The notes under the pieces: generated by a model
The model's database searches: none
Told to the model about the DNA's origin: nothing
The model's input: only the letters and a program-made list of their open reading frames with translations
Shown here: one piece after another, positions 19,388-29,327 of the stretch
How the letters are laid out: each line of letters starts with the position of its first letter
Position numbering within the stretch: the stretch's first letter is position 1
Translations under genes and position numbers: made by a program
IMG/VR virus record: IMGVR_UViG_3300033145_000849
Location: 32,001 to 96,000 of that record
DNA length: 64,000 nt
Strand: one strand, 5' to 3'
From: a virus

Positions 19388-20323
19388 TTAAGTCCCCCTT
19401 ACTCTATTGTATGATTCTAATACCTGAGCAGCAGTAAAATATTCTGGTGTAAGTCTATAACTAAACATAGCCCCTTGAAAAGGAGGAAGAGGAGTATTGG
19501 CGACGGCACGATATTCATTCCCAATAGCAAATTTAGAAAGAGTGCTAGTTCCATGGGTAGGAACAATACTTCCACCTGTAGGAATACAATGTTGAGCAAG
19601 TTGGCCATTAAGATACCAGTCTACCTCTCCATTGTCTGCTCTAACAAAGGTAAGCATATATACACGATGTTCAGGCAGAATAATATTAGACAAAGAAGAA
19701 ATATTGCTACCATTGCCATACTCAGCAAAATAATAAAATCGATTTGAACTTGCATAGAGTGACCATAGATAATTATAGTCACGGGTGAGATCGCTGTTTC
19801 CACGAGTATAGGCAGTAAACCTTCTGGTAGTCTGGTCTACTGCATACAAAACTATTTCGATTGTAAGACCTGTATAGATCCAGAAATGGGCATCCCAATC
19901 ATGCATGAGATACATGGTTCCATCAAAACAAAAACCAGTCACACCATCAATAATAATATGTTGTGTCTCTCCAGTGGTACTGTACAGATCCAAACCATTA
20001 GTTCCCCTATCCTTAATAGAATTGGCTGTACCATCAAATTGATACAAAGCTGTAGGAGCTCCTATTCCTGCTGGCATGGTAGTATCTAAATAGTTCCAGC
20101 CGCCTCTTCCAACCAACGATTGACCTCTTAAGCTTCCTGTTTCAAGATTATCGCTACCAACAAGAGTTTCTAGTTGAATAACAGCGTCTCTTGTAGCATT
20201 AAGTTGAGTAGCACGCATACTATCCCCGGCTGGATTACTTATATCATCATAGTTATCCAGCTCAGCCATCTGAGTCGTGGTGTCTAAATCTGTTGGATAT
20301 TGTGTAACCCATTCTATTGCCAC
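19388..20323 (-). CDS. LamG/concanavalin A-like lectin domain protein (311 aa), putative receptor-binding protein
   Basis: ALYQFDG..IKDRGTNG, LTIEI, WYLNGQ, FQG.M, FTAAQV LamG pattern; N-terminus shared with two paralogs. Confidence 0.8.
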   Translation of the reverse strand: MAIEWVTQYPTDLDTTTQMAELDNYDDISNPAGDSMRATQLNATRDAVIQLETLVGSDNLETGSLRGQSLVGRGGWNYLDTTMPAGIGAPTALYQFDGTANSIKDRGTNGLDLYSTTGETQHIIIDGVTGFCFDGTMYLMHDWDAHFWIYTGLTIEIVLYAVDQTTRRFTAYTRGNSDLTRDYNYLWSLYASSNRFYYFAEYGNGSNISSLSNIILPEHRVYMLTFVRADNGEVDWYLNGQLAQHCIPTGGSIVPTHGTSTLSKFAIGNEYRAVANTPLPPFQGAMFSYRLTPEYFTAAQVLESYNRVRGT

Positions 20324-21231
20324 TAGTAAAGTCCCCTTACTCTTCTATAAGATTCTAACACTTGTGCAGGAGTAAACTCTTCCATAGTAATACGTATACT
20401 AAAAATAAGTCCTTGATGAAGAGCACCTACTGCACTAGCTGGACCACCAACTCTTAAGAAAGAACTAGTTCCTCCAGTGGGAGCAATCGATGTTATGTTA
20501 AAAACAGCACTTCCATCCGTATATAGATTAACATCTGTACCAGCGGCATCTCTGGTAAACGTAAGCATTCTATTTATACCAGGAGGGATAACAGTATCAA
20601 AAGCAACTATGTTATCTGTGCCAGCTGCACCATATTCATGAACCCAAGAAGGAACACAAGCTGTTGATATTTTGATTCCTCCCAAAAAATTTGTTGCTAA
20701 AGCCTCTCCAGCTCCTGCAATAGACATCATGTACCTGGCTTGAGTTGGTGGTACAGATAATAAATTTTGTACAATTTCCCAAGTCATTGCCCCAGTTGTT
20801 TGAAGACCAGCGGAAACAGCAGCGTCCATATAGGTTCCAATATCAAACTGGTGACCTAATTTGCCATGGACAGACTGATAGATTGCATTTCCTGTCCTAC
20901 TTAAAGTATGACTATTACCAGACCGATCGTTAAGAGAATCGGCAGTGCCATCAAACTGATATAAGGCTTCTGGGGCTCCTGCCGCTGTTGGCATATTTAG
21001 GTCTAAATAATCCCATGTTTCATTTAAGGCTTGAGCACGAAGAGAACCGACCTCAAGATTATCACTACCAACAATAGTCTCCAATTGAATGACAGCATCC
21101 CTAAGAGCATGCATTTGGGTTACATCAGTATCATCTCCATCACCTGCACCTTCAGCACTCTCATTGCTCAGAGTTTTCATCTGAGTAACAGTGGTATCTA
21201 GGTCAGTTGGATATTGTGTGGTCCATTCCAT
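20323..21231 (-). CDS. LamG/concanavalin A-like lectin domain protein (302 aa)
   Basis: ALYQFDG..LNDRSGNSHTL, MTWE, LYTDG, FTPAQV. Confidence 0.8.
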   Translation of the reverse strand: MEWTTQYPTDLDTTVTQMKTLSNESAEGAGDGDDTDVTQMHALRDAVIQLETIVGSDNLEVGSLRAQALNETWDYLDLNMPTAAGAPEALYQFDGTADSLNDRSGNSHTLSRTGNAIYQSVHGKLGHQFDIGTYMDAAVSAGLQTTGAMTWEIVQNLLSVPPTQARYMMSIAGAGEALATNFLGGIKISTACVPSWVHEYGAAGTDNIVAFDTVIPPGINRMLTFTRDAAGTDVNLYTDGSAVFNITSIAPTGGTSSFLRVGGPASAVGALHQGLIFSIRITMEEFTPAQVLESYRRVRGLY

Positions 21232-21243
21232 CTATAATTCTCC

Positions 21244-23787
21244 TTAAATTCCCCAATACATTGGAACTACTGACAATAGTTCATTGATTATATCAAGTCC
21301 TAACTCTGTCGTAATCCCATGAGCATAAGTACCGTCACCTTGTAGAACTTGTTCAAACATCTTGGCTTTAAAGTTTTCATTATTGATATCGTGTAAGATT
21401 ACTGGACTAGTCCAGGCCTTAAAGGGATACATGGTATATTCATATCTAACTACATCTCCAGAAGTAGGCATGCTATATACCGTAACTATACCTTTTGGAT
21501 GGTTAATATAATAATCTCCCCTGGCAATTACTGCAAGTTCAGAAGAAACTTCTGTTCGAAAAACATCTCTGTTTCCAAAGTAGACAGTTCCAGAAACTAC
21601 ATATGGATTCTTCAGTCTAAACTTGGTGCTAATAGGTATTCGTTCAAACCTTACCTTTCCTCTATTTGACTGGTTAAGAATAGCCATAGAACGGGTATTG
21701 TTATAATCTGTAGAGACAAGACTTGCCTCAAAATATGTCGTGTTATTTATGAAGTCTACAAGAGTACCTAATTGTTCATAATTGCCACCCGCTATATATC
21801 TATCTATCTGATAGTCTAGAACATTGTTCTGATAATCTGAATAGAGATACAGGTATATTTGATCAAACTTAATGTATGGATCTGGTGCAAAAAAAGCTTC
21901 TGTTACCAAAGATCTTTTTGGGTCAATCTGAATACCTTCAAATAATGAAAGACCTAGTTCTCTGGTAATCCCATTAACTAATCCTACGTAACTAGAGTTA
22001 GCTCTATTAACAAAGACGTCCTGAATTCTACGTTTATATTCCCAGTTCTTTTCTTCCTTAAGTCTAGGGAGGCTTACCATGTTTCCATGTTCATCAAACT
22101 GGTTCCACTCAGATACAGGAGTTAGGGCACCGATTGTCTGAATGTGTGGAATATTAAACTGATGTCTTACAAACGGGTCTGTCTCTACTTGAAAAGACCA
22201 TGAGTCGGCGATCGTGTTGCCAAAATCATCTTCGGCAACAACGCTCCAAGCTATTACCTTGCCTTTAGTAAGGTCTACTGGGGAAGTTAATACGTAACTA
22301 TTGCCATTAGAAATAGCGGATTTTGTACCGGACCAACCACTAGATGCAGCATCACTAGTCCAAACAATATCTCCATCTACTGTGATAGTAACAGTATTAT
22401 CATCTAGATCGTTATCTACATCTGTAACTATCAATACTAAAGATAAGTTTGCAGGTATTTCTACGGCACCATCACCAGGAGTAGGACTTGTAACTGGTGC
22501 TGTAGAAGTTACTTCATATAGTCTAACTGTACCTCCAGACGTGGAAGCAGGATCACCTTCTGGAGGATTAGCAGACTCAGCGAATCCACCTATCGCCATG
22601 TTACCAGCAGATGTAACTGCCAAACTAGAACCAAACTCTGCATCTGCTTCAGGATAAATTGGATAGTTTCCAGAACCATCTACAGGAATGCTTTCGAATA
22701 AATCTGTAGAAGATATATATCTCCAAAGAAATGCTGCTCCAGGGTTTCCTCCTGGATCTACTGCTCCTGCCCAAGCATGTGCTCCACCAACAAGAAATGT
22801 ACCGTTTAAATTAACAGAAGGTAAAACATCCAATCCCCATCCCAGTTCTGCATTGATGTCTTTACTCTCTAATGGGGCATCAAGAGACTGATGATATGTC
22901 CATGAGACACCATCTCTTTTAAAAATTTCAATCCGCCCGGAGTTGATTTTGCCACCAGCGAGTTCATATCGAGGCCAGCCTATAGCACAAAAGTCTCCAG
23001 ATATAGAAACTGAATCTGCAAAATACGTATAGCTTACATTTATCTCTGAAGGCGTTAACGTAGCACGTAATGTAAGAAAATTACCTAATCCTCCATCTTC
23101 AAAAACATAAGCACGACCCTGGTCGTTATGGTCACCAAAGAAATAGCTAGCACTGACTAGAATATAGTTTCCATCTACAGAAATAGCCCAACCAAAATAT
23201 TGATTAGATTGGACAGTTACAGAATGTTGTAATGCGGAAGTATCTTCAGACCATGTTCCTGCACTTAATCGAAAAATATGAACAGTTCCAGAATTGGAAC
23301 CATTATTATCAGCACGATAATCACCAACGACACACAGGCTGCCACTAACATCAAGAGCATATCCAAATCGACCATTAACATCAGGTGGACCTACACCTGT
23401 TAATCTTTGTCTGTAGGTGAAAGATGCTCCTGTCCATTCATAGAAATAAACAGTGCCCAACACTGCATCTGTTTGACCACAACCAATAACAAGCCAGTCG
23501 CCATCTTGAGCAATACACTTTCCAAAGATAGCTCCATCTTCTTGATCTATAGCGTTCTCTGGTGAAATTTCTTGAACTAAAACACCTGTACTCCAGTCTA
23601 AAACAGTAACGCTACCACACTCTTTAGCTCCTGCACCAAAGTCATGAGACTTTGTAGTGTCTGAAACAATTACATTGTCGTTAGTTTCATCAATAGCAAT
23701 ACAACTACCAAAAGAAGTATTCCCGTGATCGGCACCGAGGAGCAGACCGGGTGGAGTAATTAAAGTTTTAACTCGTGTAATTGTCAT
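21244..23787 (-). CDS. FG-GAP repeat beta-propeller fused to an Ig-like domain and a baseplate-type C-terminal module (847 aa)
   Basis: Repeated FG-x-x-I/L/V-A/S-x-D/S-G...GxVxxF/Y blades; the C-terminal ~300 aa is paralogous to 24715-25653. Confidence 0.8.
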   Translation of the reverse strand: MTITRVKTLITPPGLLLGADHGNTSFGSCIAIDETNDNVIVSDTTKSHDFGAGAKECGSVTVLDWSTGVLVQEISPENAIDQEDGAIFGKCIAQDGDWLVIGCGQTDAVLGTVYFYEWTGASFTYRQRLTGVGPPDVNGRFGYALDVSGSLCVVGDYRADNNGSNSGTVHIFRLSAGTWSEDTSALQHSVTVQSNQYFGWAISVDGNYILVSASYFFGDHNDQGRAYVFEDGGLGNFLTLRATLTPSEINVSYTYFADSVSISGDFCAIGWPRYELAGGKINSGRIEIFKRDGVSWTYHQSLDAPLESKDINAELGWGLDVLPSVNLNGTFLVGGAHAWAGAVDPGGNPGAAFLWRYISSTDLFESIPVDGSGNYPIYPEADAEFGSSLAVTSAGNMAIGGFAESANPPEGDPASTSGGTVRLYEVTSTAPVTSPTPGDGAVEIPANLSLVLIVTDVDNDLDDNTVTITVDGDIVWTSDAASSGWSGTKSAISNGNSYVLTSPVDLTKGKVIAWSVVAEDDFGNTIADSWSFQVETDPFVRHQFNIPHIQTIGALTPVSEWNQFDEHGNMVSLPRLKEEKNWEYKRRIQDVFVNRANSSYVGLVNGITRELGLSLFEGIQIDPKRSLVTEAFFAPDPYIKFDQIYLYLYSDYQNNVLDYQIDRYIAGGNYEQLGTLVDFINNTTYFEASLVSTDYNNTRSMAILNQSNRGKVRFERIPISTKFRLKNPYVVSGTVYFGNRDVFRTEVSSELAVIARGDYYINHPKGIVTVYSMPTSGDVVRYEYTMYPFKAWTSPVILHDINNENFKAKMFEQVLQGDGTYAHGITTELGLDIINELLSVVPMYWGI

Positions 23788-23790
23788 TCC

Positions 23791-24702
23791 TTATTCAATT
23801 ACTCCTCTTACTCTTTGATACGATTCTAGAATTTGTGCGTCAGTGAACTGAGCCTTAGTAGCCTTTGTAGAGAAATATGTAGCTTGAGGAGGGTTAGCTT
23901 CTAGTGGAAGCTTGAAAACTCCTGCAGCACCTCCTGTTGGGGCAGCTAGAACACCGCTCGTAGATAATAACTTACCATTCAAATAACCTTTCACAATTGT
24001 GCCAGCAACATTTCTTGTGAGAGCTACGTATAGTGGGCTTCCTGCATATAGTATCAAATTAAACGAAAAAGAGATGTTGGTTCCACCTCCATGTTCCGCG
24101 AAATACTTTAGCTGTCCAGTGTTGGCAGCGTATATGACTTGGTAGTTAGCATTACCACCACCTTCATCGTATCTTACGAGTACATCGTCACCACCTGTGT
24201 AATCGTTAATAGAGATGACAAACTCTAGAGTAAGACCTGCTACTGAACTCAGACTAGCTGGAAGAGCTGCTCTCATCTCTTGACCACCACTACACGCAAA
24301 ACCAGCTAACGATCCACGGTACGTTAATGAGTCAGCTCCTGCGTTAAAAGTTAGATCATGACCGTTGACTGTACGATCTAGTAGTCTGTTAGCTGTATCA
24401 TCAAATTGATACAAAGCTTCAGGTGTAGTTAACATTCCAGTAGGTTGTGTTGTTGTAAGATAGTTCCATACGGGGTCGAGAGAACACTCAGCGGCTGGAG
24501 GAATATCGGGGATTTCATGAGCTAATGCTCTAAGAGAACCTTCTTCTAGACTGTCAGAACCTACCAGTGTCTCTAATGATATTACAGCATCTCTAAGCTC
24601 CTCGATTGGTCTCAGATGCTCGGCGCTTTCATTTGCTACGGTCTTCATAGAAATATCAGTGGTATCTATATTGGTTGGATATTGAGTTGTCCATTCTGGC
24701 AT
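23791..24702 (-). CDS. LamG/concanavalin A-like lectin domain protein (303 aa)
   Basis: ALYQFDD..LLDRTVNGHDL, LTLEF, GYLNGK, FTDAQI. Confidence 0.8.
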   Translation of the reverse strand: MPEWTTQYPTNIDTTDISMKTVANESAEHLRPIEELRDAVISLETLVGSDSLEEGSLRALAHEIPDIPPAAECSLDPVWNYLTTTQPTGMLTTPEALYQFDDTANRLLDRTVNGHDLTFNAGADSLTYRGSLAGFACSGGQEMRAALPASLSSVAGLTLEFVISINDYTGGDDVLVRYDEGGGNANYQVIYAANTGQLKYFAEHGGGTNISFSFNLILYAGSPLYVALTRNVAGTIVKGYLNGKLLSTSGVLAAPTGGAAGVFKLPLEANPPQATYFSTKATKAQFTDAQILESYQRVRGVIE

Positions 24703-24714
24703 TACTAACTCTCC

Positions 24715-25653
24715 TTAAACTCCCCAATACATTGGAGTTACACTTAATAATTCATTTATGATATCCAGTCCAATTTCTGTAGATGTCCCATGTTTGTAAG
24801 TACCGTCGTCCTGGAGGATCTGCTGAAACATCTTTACCTTAAAATTGTCATCGTTTATATCTTGTAAGATGATTTCACTAGCCCAAGGTTGAAAGGGATA
24901 GTCTGAGTACTTGTATCTCACTACAGTGTCCATGCCTGGAATAGAATATGAAGTTACTATTCCGTTTAAATAGTCTATGTAAAAGTCTCCTCTAGAAGCT
25001 ACAGTAGATGTTGAAGTCTTTTCCGTAAGGAAGAGGTCTGTACGCTCGAAGACTACGCTGCCGTTTACTATGTGGTCGTATGCTAACTTAAACTTAGTAG
25101 AAGAAGGAACTGCCTCTGTATTCTCTAGTCTATTAGACTGGTTGATCAATGTCATAGAACGAGTTTCTCTATAAACAGCAAGATCAAGATTAGCCTCAAA
25201 GTAGGAGGTGTCATTTATTGCATCTACTAGTCGATATAGATGTTCATAGTTACCACCTGGTTCATATCTATCAATAGCCCAATCTAGAACATTATTAGTA
25301 TAGTCTGAATAGAGAAGCAGATAGACACCGTCAAATTTGATGTAGGGGTCCTCAGCCAAGAAGACGCCATCTCCATCTACTTTAGGATTGATAGTAATAG
25401 GTTGGAATAGGCTTAGTCCTAGTTCTCTAGTGATTCCATTGACTAAACCTTTGTAAGTAGAATTGGCTCTGTTAGTAAAAACATCAAAAAGACGTCTCTT
25501 GTATTCCCAGTTGGATTCTGCAGCATTTCTCTTGATGCCAACGACTAGTCCATGTTCGTCAAACTGGTTCCATACCACCTTAGCTTCTAGAGCTCCAGTA
25601 GCGGTCAATATCTTGTCAACGTTAAACAACTGACCAATAGATGAGACAGCCAC
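24715..25653 (-). CDS. Baseplate-associated structural protein (312 aa), possibly gpI/gp47-like wedge subunit
   Basis: FDEHGLVVGIKRNAAESNWEYKRRL...ANSTYKGL resembles the LD.xG...GxxRxxGExDxxYRxRI baseplate motif. Confidence 0.6.
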   Translation of the reverse strand: MAVSSIGQLFNVDKILTATGALEAKVVWNQFDEHGLVVGIKRNAAESNWEYKRRLFDVFTNRANSTYKGLVNGITRELGLSLFQPITINPKVDGDGVFLAEDPYIKFDGVYLLLYSDYTNNVLDWAIDRYEPGGNYEHLYRLVDAINDTSYFEANLDLAVYRETRSMTLINQSNRLENTEAVPSSTKFKLAYDHIVNGSVVFERTDLFLTEKTSTSTVASRGDFYIDYLNGIVTSYSIPGMDTVVRYKYSDYPFQPWASEIILQDINDDNFKVKMFQQILQDDGTYKHGTSTEIGLDIINELLSVTPMYWGV

Positions 25654-25666
25654 TTATTATCGCTCC

Positions 25667-27286
25667 TTAATCATAAACTCTAACTTGATCGTAATTTTCC
25701 CTAAAATACAGAATCTTCTTATTGATGTCTGCTAACATAACGTCATAGTGACAATTGATTTGATGCTTGTCTCCAGTGTCGTCTAGAACCCAAAGCTTAT
25801 TCTCACTATCAAAATCAACTCCTACAATCTTATTATTGTCTGGTATAATTCCAGTTAAACTAAATTCAGCTGTTGGTTGTTTATAAACTACAGATACAAT
25901 TCTCTGATCTATAGAGGATGATTCATCTGTATAAGAGGTTTCAAGACTATAGATATGATTGCCTCGTTGACCTAAAGTAAAGATATCGCCAGCTCTTAAG
26001 TTTCTGTTTATAGGCTCTCCAAAAGTCCAAGATGTTCGATCTGTATGATAGGTAGTTTCTAAGCCTTCTTCGATACTGTATTTATTACCATCAGGTTTTT
26101 CCACCCATACTCTATGAGCCACAACTCCTATTACAGGTCTTCTCCAGTGATAGTCAAGTTCTATTTGTCCACTCATTAGAACAGTATTGCTACTTGGTTC
26201 TATAACACAATTGGCTTCATAGTCCTTAGAAATCAAAGCAATAGTTTCAGGATACGGAAGATCAGCACTGTACAGATATAAATTGCCTGAAGAAACTACC
26301 CAAATATTATCGGACCAAGGTTCAACTGCTAAGTCTTCAGGAACTATATTCTCACTGTTTGTATCAAGAAGCTCTATGCTAAGCAATGTGCTCTTATCAA
26401 TCCAGCCGTCAAGTCGTAGATCTAATTCGTTAGCATTGTACTTAAGTAAATCGAGAGAGTATTGACCAGTAAAAAGTCCTTTGCCTAGGGTCCAGAAAAG
26501 AGGCATGGCGTTACCGTCTGAGTTGGCAGCCAGCTGATATGCACTAGCATAATCTATAGCATTAAAATTAGCTGAAGAGACCTCTATGTATGTGTCGGCA
26601 GCCTCTTCAATCCCATAGACCTTTACTTCGTCTATTGTGTGGTAGTCCCTAACGGTATGTTTAATTTCGTCATGAACAAAAGGTATTTCTTCTGTAACGT
26701 TTTCGCCGGCTCTTGTCGTACCAGTAATATGAACGATTCCTCTACGAGGAAGATTCTCATCAAAACCAAAATAAGTCGTACCACCTGAAGCAGTGACCCA
26801 CAAATAGTTATCTAAGTGTAGCAACCCTGAAGGAGTAAGAGGATCAAAAGGAGAACTACTTGCTTGTCCACTTGCTAATAGATGAGCTCCAGTAACCGTA
26901 GTCTCCAGGCTTAGTCTATCTGGAACAGTGTGATACCAAAACTGTTCCACACTGTTATCTGTAGCTATTGTTACATCGTATGATGTTCCATCGAGCATTC
27001 CACTTACTGTTGGAGCAGTGAATAACATCTCGCTAGCATCATCATCTTCCGTAAACTGATATGTTTTAGGAAGCTTGAAACGATAGTAAAGATCTATGTC
27101 TGAGACGATAGAGGTGGGAAGGAAATAGTTGGCACCAATACGCTCGATTTGTTTACGTAGATCATCTAGTAAAACACCAGGTCTATTGAGAAGCTGGAAT
27201 CCAAGACTCTGCTCATCAAGCCTGATGTTAGACCAAGGTGGAAATGTATTTACTATTCCTTGAGTAGAAAGACCTTTAACTGGCAC
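25667..27286 (-). CDS. Baseplate wedge-associated protein (539 aa)
   Basis: Directly downstream of baseplate J; GTG start. Confidence 0.6.
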   Translation of the reverse strand: MPVKGLSTQGIVNTFPPWSNIRLDEQSLGFQLLNRPGVLLDDLRKQIERIGANYFLPTSIVSDIDLYYRFKLPKTYQFTEDDDASEMLFTAPTVSGMLDGTSYDVTIATDNSVEQFWYHTVPDRLSLETTVTGAHLLASGQASSSPFDPLTPSGLLHLDNYLWVTASGGTTYFGFDENLPRRGIVHITGTTRAGENVTEEIPFVHDEIKHTVRDYHTIDEVKVYGIEEAADTYIEVSSANFNAIDYASAYQLAANSDGNAMPLFWTLGKGLFTGQYSLDLLKYNANELDLRLDGWIDKSTLLSIELLDTNSENIVPEDLAVEPWSDNIWVVSSGNLYLYSADLPYPETIALISKDYEANCVIEPSSNTVLMSGQIELDYHWRRPVIGVVAHRVWVEKPDGNKYSIEEGLETTYHTDRTSWTFGEPINRNLRAGDIFTLGQRGNHIYSLETSYTDESSSIDQRIVSVVYKQPTAEFSLTGIIPDNNKIVGVDFDSENKLWVLDDTGDKHQINCHYDVMLADINKKILYFRENYDQVRVYD

Positions 27287-27290
27287 TTAA

Positions 27291-28517
27291 TTACCGCCTA
27301 ATGTAAGCCCGTTCAAAAACAATCGGGTTAATTACTGAGGGTTCTATAATAACTCTTTCGTCATCAACTGGATAATAATCACCCAGTAGTTTCTGACGAA
27401 CCTTATTGTCGTCTAACCTGCTTTCTTTATAGATATAAAGCTCTTCAATAGGATCGCCAGGTTCACCAATATTAGCTATGTTGTCATCAATAGCAAATAG
27501 TTCGCTCACCATCCTGTTAAGAACAAAGGTTTCTCCAATATCTAACTCGTTAACATAAGCCGTAATGACGTCATCTAGAAGGCTTTCAATTTCATCCAGT
27601 TCATCATTTGTAAGCTTTTGTGAATAGTGAATAGTAGCTCTTATGGTAAGCCCAGATTCCTTGGGTCCTCGAACATATATAATGTCACCAAGAGCTTGAA
27701 CCTTAAAGACATTGGCTTCTATTGCTTCGATTAAACTATTTGACACTGTGGGTGTTACAGACTTAACAATAATACCAACAGTTCCAATTCCACGATATCT
27801 AGGAGTAATAATGACATCAGCTACTCCACTAGTGGAAAGAGCAGCTAGTCTTATTGCTGTAATATTTGCAGCCTCTGCCTCTAACACTCTGTTAACTATA
27901 CGATATCTATAGTTGTCGTCACTTTCAAATGATTTACCATTTGCTATAGGATGAACATTTGTAACCTTAAGAGTTTCATTAGTATAATCTGCATAGTTGG
28001 TAAATGAATGATGGACTAAGACTCCTGTTCCGAGGTTAGATTCATCTCCTGGAACTGAAGCTTCAGCAGATACATACACCGTTGAAGCACTAGCGGACAC
28101 AATAGAATTAGTGGTAGTTCTGTATATAACACCAGCATTGTTTACTTCTGTAGAGATAAGCTCGCCAACAGGAAATATAAAATCTGCTCCATTGTTAACA
28201 TCTCCAAGGGTCCCACTGTCCACGTATAGCTTAAGGACTTCCATGCTAGACGTCACAGAAGCAGACTCAGCGACTTTTCTCTCTACACTTAGTAGAGACC
28301 CTATCAGGTCAAGAAACTGTCCTGTAGCAGCAGAGACAAACGCTCTGGCAAGGTTCAAGTCAAAGATATCATAGGCTTCTTCTAGACGCTTATTAGATGC
28401 CTCAAGAAGAGCTCTTGCTTTCGCTCCAGGCGAAAGTCGTGTGATGTTAGTGGTATCAGCCAGACTTTCCACTGAATCAACAGTTAAGTCTTGAAAACTA
28501 CGAGCGAATAAAGGCAT
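27291..28517 (-). CDS. Baseplate J-like (wedge) protein
   Basis: ATGQFLDLIG..LSVERK.A, ESDDNYRYRI, AIRLAAL...GVADV...RGIGTV motifs. Confidence 0.93.
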   Translation of the reverse strand: MPLFARSFQDLTVDSVESLADTTNITRLSPGAKARALLEASNKRLEEAYDIFDLNLARAFVSAATGQFLDLIGSLLSVERKVAESASVTSSMEVLKLYVDSGTLGDVNNGADFIFPVGELISTEVNNAGVIYRTTTNSIVSASASTVYVSAEASVPGDESNLGTGVLVHHSFTNYADYTNETLKVTNVHPIANGKSFESDDNYRYRIVNRVLEAEAANITAIRLAALSTSGVADVIITPRYRGIGTVGIIVKSVTPTVSNSLIEAIEANVFKVQALGDIIYVRGPKESGLTIRATIHYSQKLTNDELDEIESLLDDVITAYVNELDIGETFVLNRMVSELFAIDDNIANIGEPGDPIEELYIYKESRLDDNKVRQKLLGDYYPVDDERVIIEPSVINPIVFERAYIRR

Positions 28518-28523
28518 TTATTG

Positions 28524-28991
28524 CTAACCTCCAGTAAGATTTGGAACTTTATCCAAAAAGAAAACTCCTCTTTCTAGATAATCAAAAACTATATTAACCG
28601 ACACCTTGTCACCCTGGTCTAGTTGGTTATAGGCAGTGGGAATAGCGTCTATCATTACAACAACCAGTACTTTGTTTCTATGAACAGGAACGATACGGAT
28701 CTTAAGATCTTCTTCTCTAACTACATTAGCTGAAGTTAAAGCAACTCTAAGTCTGTCATGAATGGCCTCTCCTGTACGTCTTGTATTTGGTTCCCCAATA
28801 AAATCATCTAAAGAAGCCCCCCTCTGAGGATAGACTTCCCAGTCTTCCAGAGCACTACCAGCTACATCCTGGACCTGTTGAACCAAAGACTTAAGAGCAT
28901 CATTAGTTGTGTCCTTAATATCTCCCTTATCTAAGCTAAGATCTCCGTTCCAGTTCCAATAGATATCTACTGCGTCATATACTGAAGCCAC
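28524..28991 (-). CDS. Baseplate gp25/gpW-like sheath initiator protein
   Basis: GDL.L..GDI, WEVYPQRGASLDDFIGEPN pattern; located just before baseplate J. Confidence 0.85.
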   Translation of the reverse strand: MASVYDAVDIYWNWNGDLSLDKGDIKDTTNDALKSLVQQVQDVAGSALEDWEVYPQRGASLDDFIGEPNTRRTGEAIHDRLRVALTSANVVREEDLKIRIVPVHRNKVLVVVMIDAIPTAYNQLDQGDKVSVNIVFDYLERGVFFLDKVPNLTGG

Positions 28992-29003
28992 TACTTTTCC
29001 CCC

Positions 29004-29315
29004 TTAGACCATTAATGCCATAAAGAATGCTAAATCCATAACTATATTCTGCATCATAAACATGGGAGGGAAAGGGATTTGCTTCGGAATTGGTGAAATG
29101 ATTGTAGAAGGCAGCATCTCTAAGAAGTCGTTTATCCCTACAAAGAGGCCACCTTTACGAATAGACATAGAGTCAGCAATCATGCTAATAGGACCCTTAA
29201 AAGTGATCCCTCTGTCATCTACTACTATGAAATTCTTATCATTACCACGTATTTTTATTGATTTATCATCAATCACAATAGATGGTTCTCCACCAGCTTC
29301 AAATATTCTTGCCAT
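29004..29315 (-). CDS. Small baseplate spike-like protein (103 aa)
   Basis: Short beta-repeat N-terminus (SIVIDDKSIKIRG, FIVVDDRGITFKG); lies between hub and gp25; hydrophobic C-terminus. Confidence 0.5.
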   Translation of the reverse strand: MARIFEAGGEPSIVIDDKSIKIRGNDKNFIVVDDRGITFKGPISMIADSMSIRKGGLFVGINDFLEMLPSTIISPIPKQIPFPPMFMMQNIVMDLAFFMALMV

Positions 29316-29327
29316 TATATTTTCCTC

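Noticed and set aside
19388-24702. Diversity-generating retroelement acting on the LamG paralogs
   Set aside because: No reverse transcriptase in the window, and no near-identical template/variable repeat pair differing only at adenines was seen; the divergence looks like old duplication
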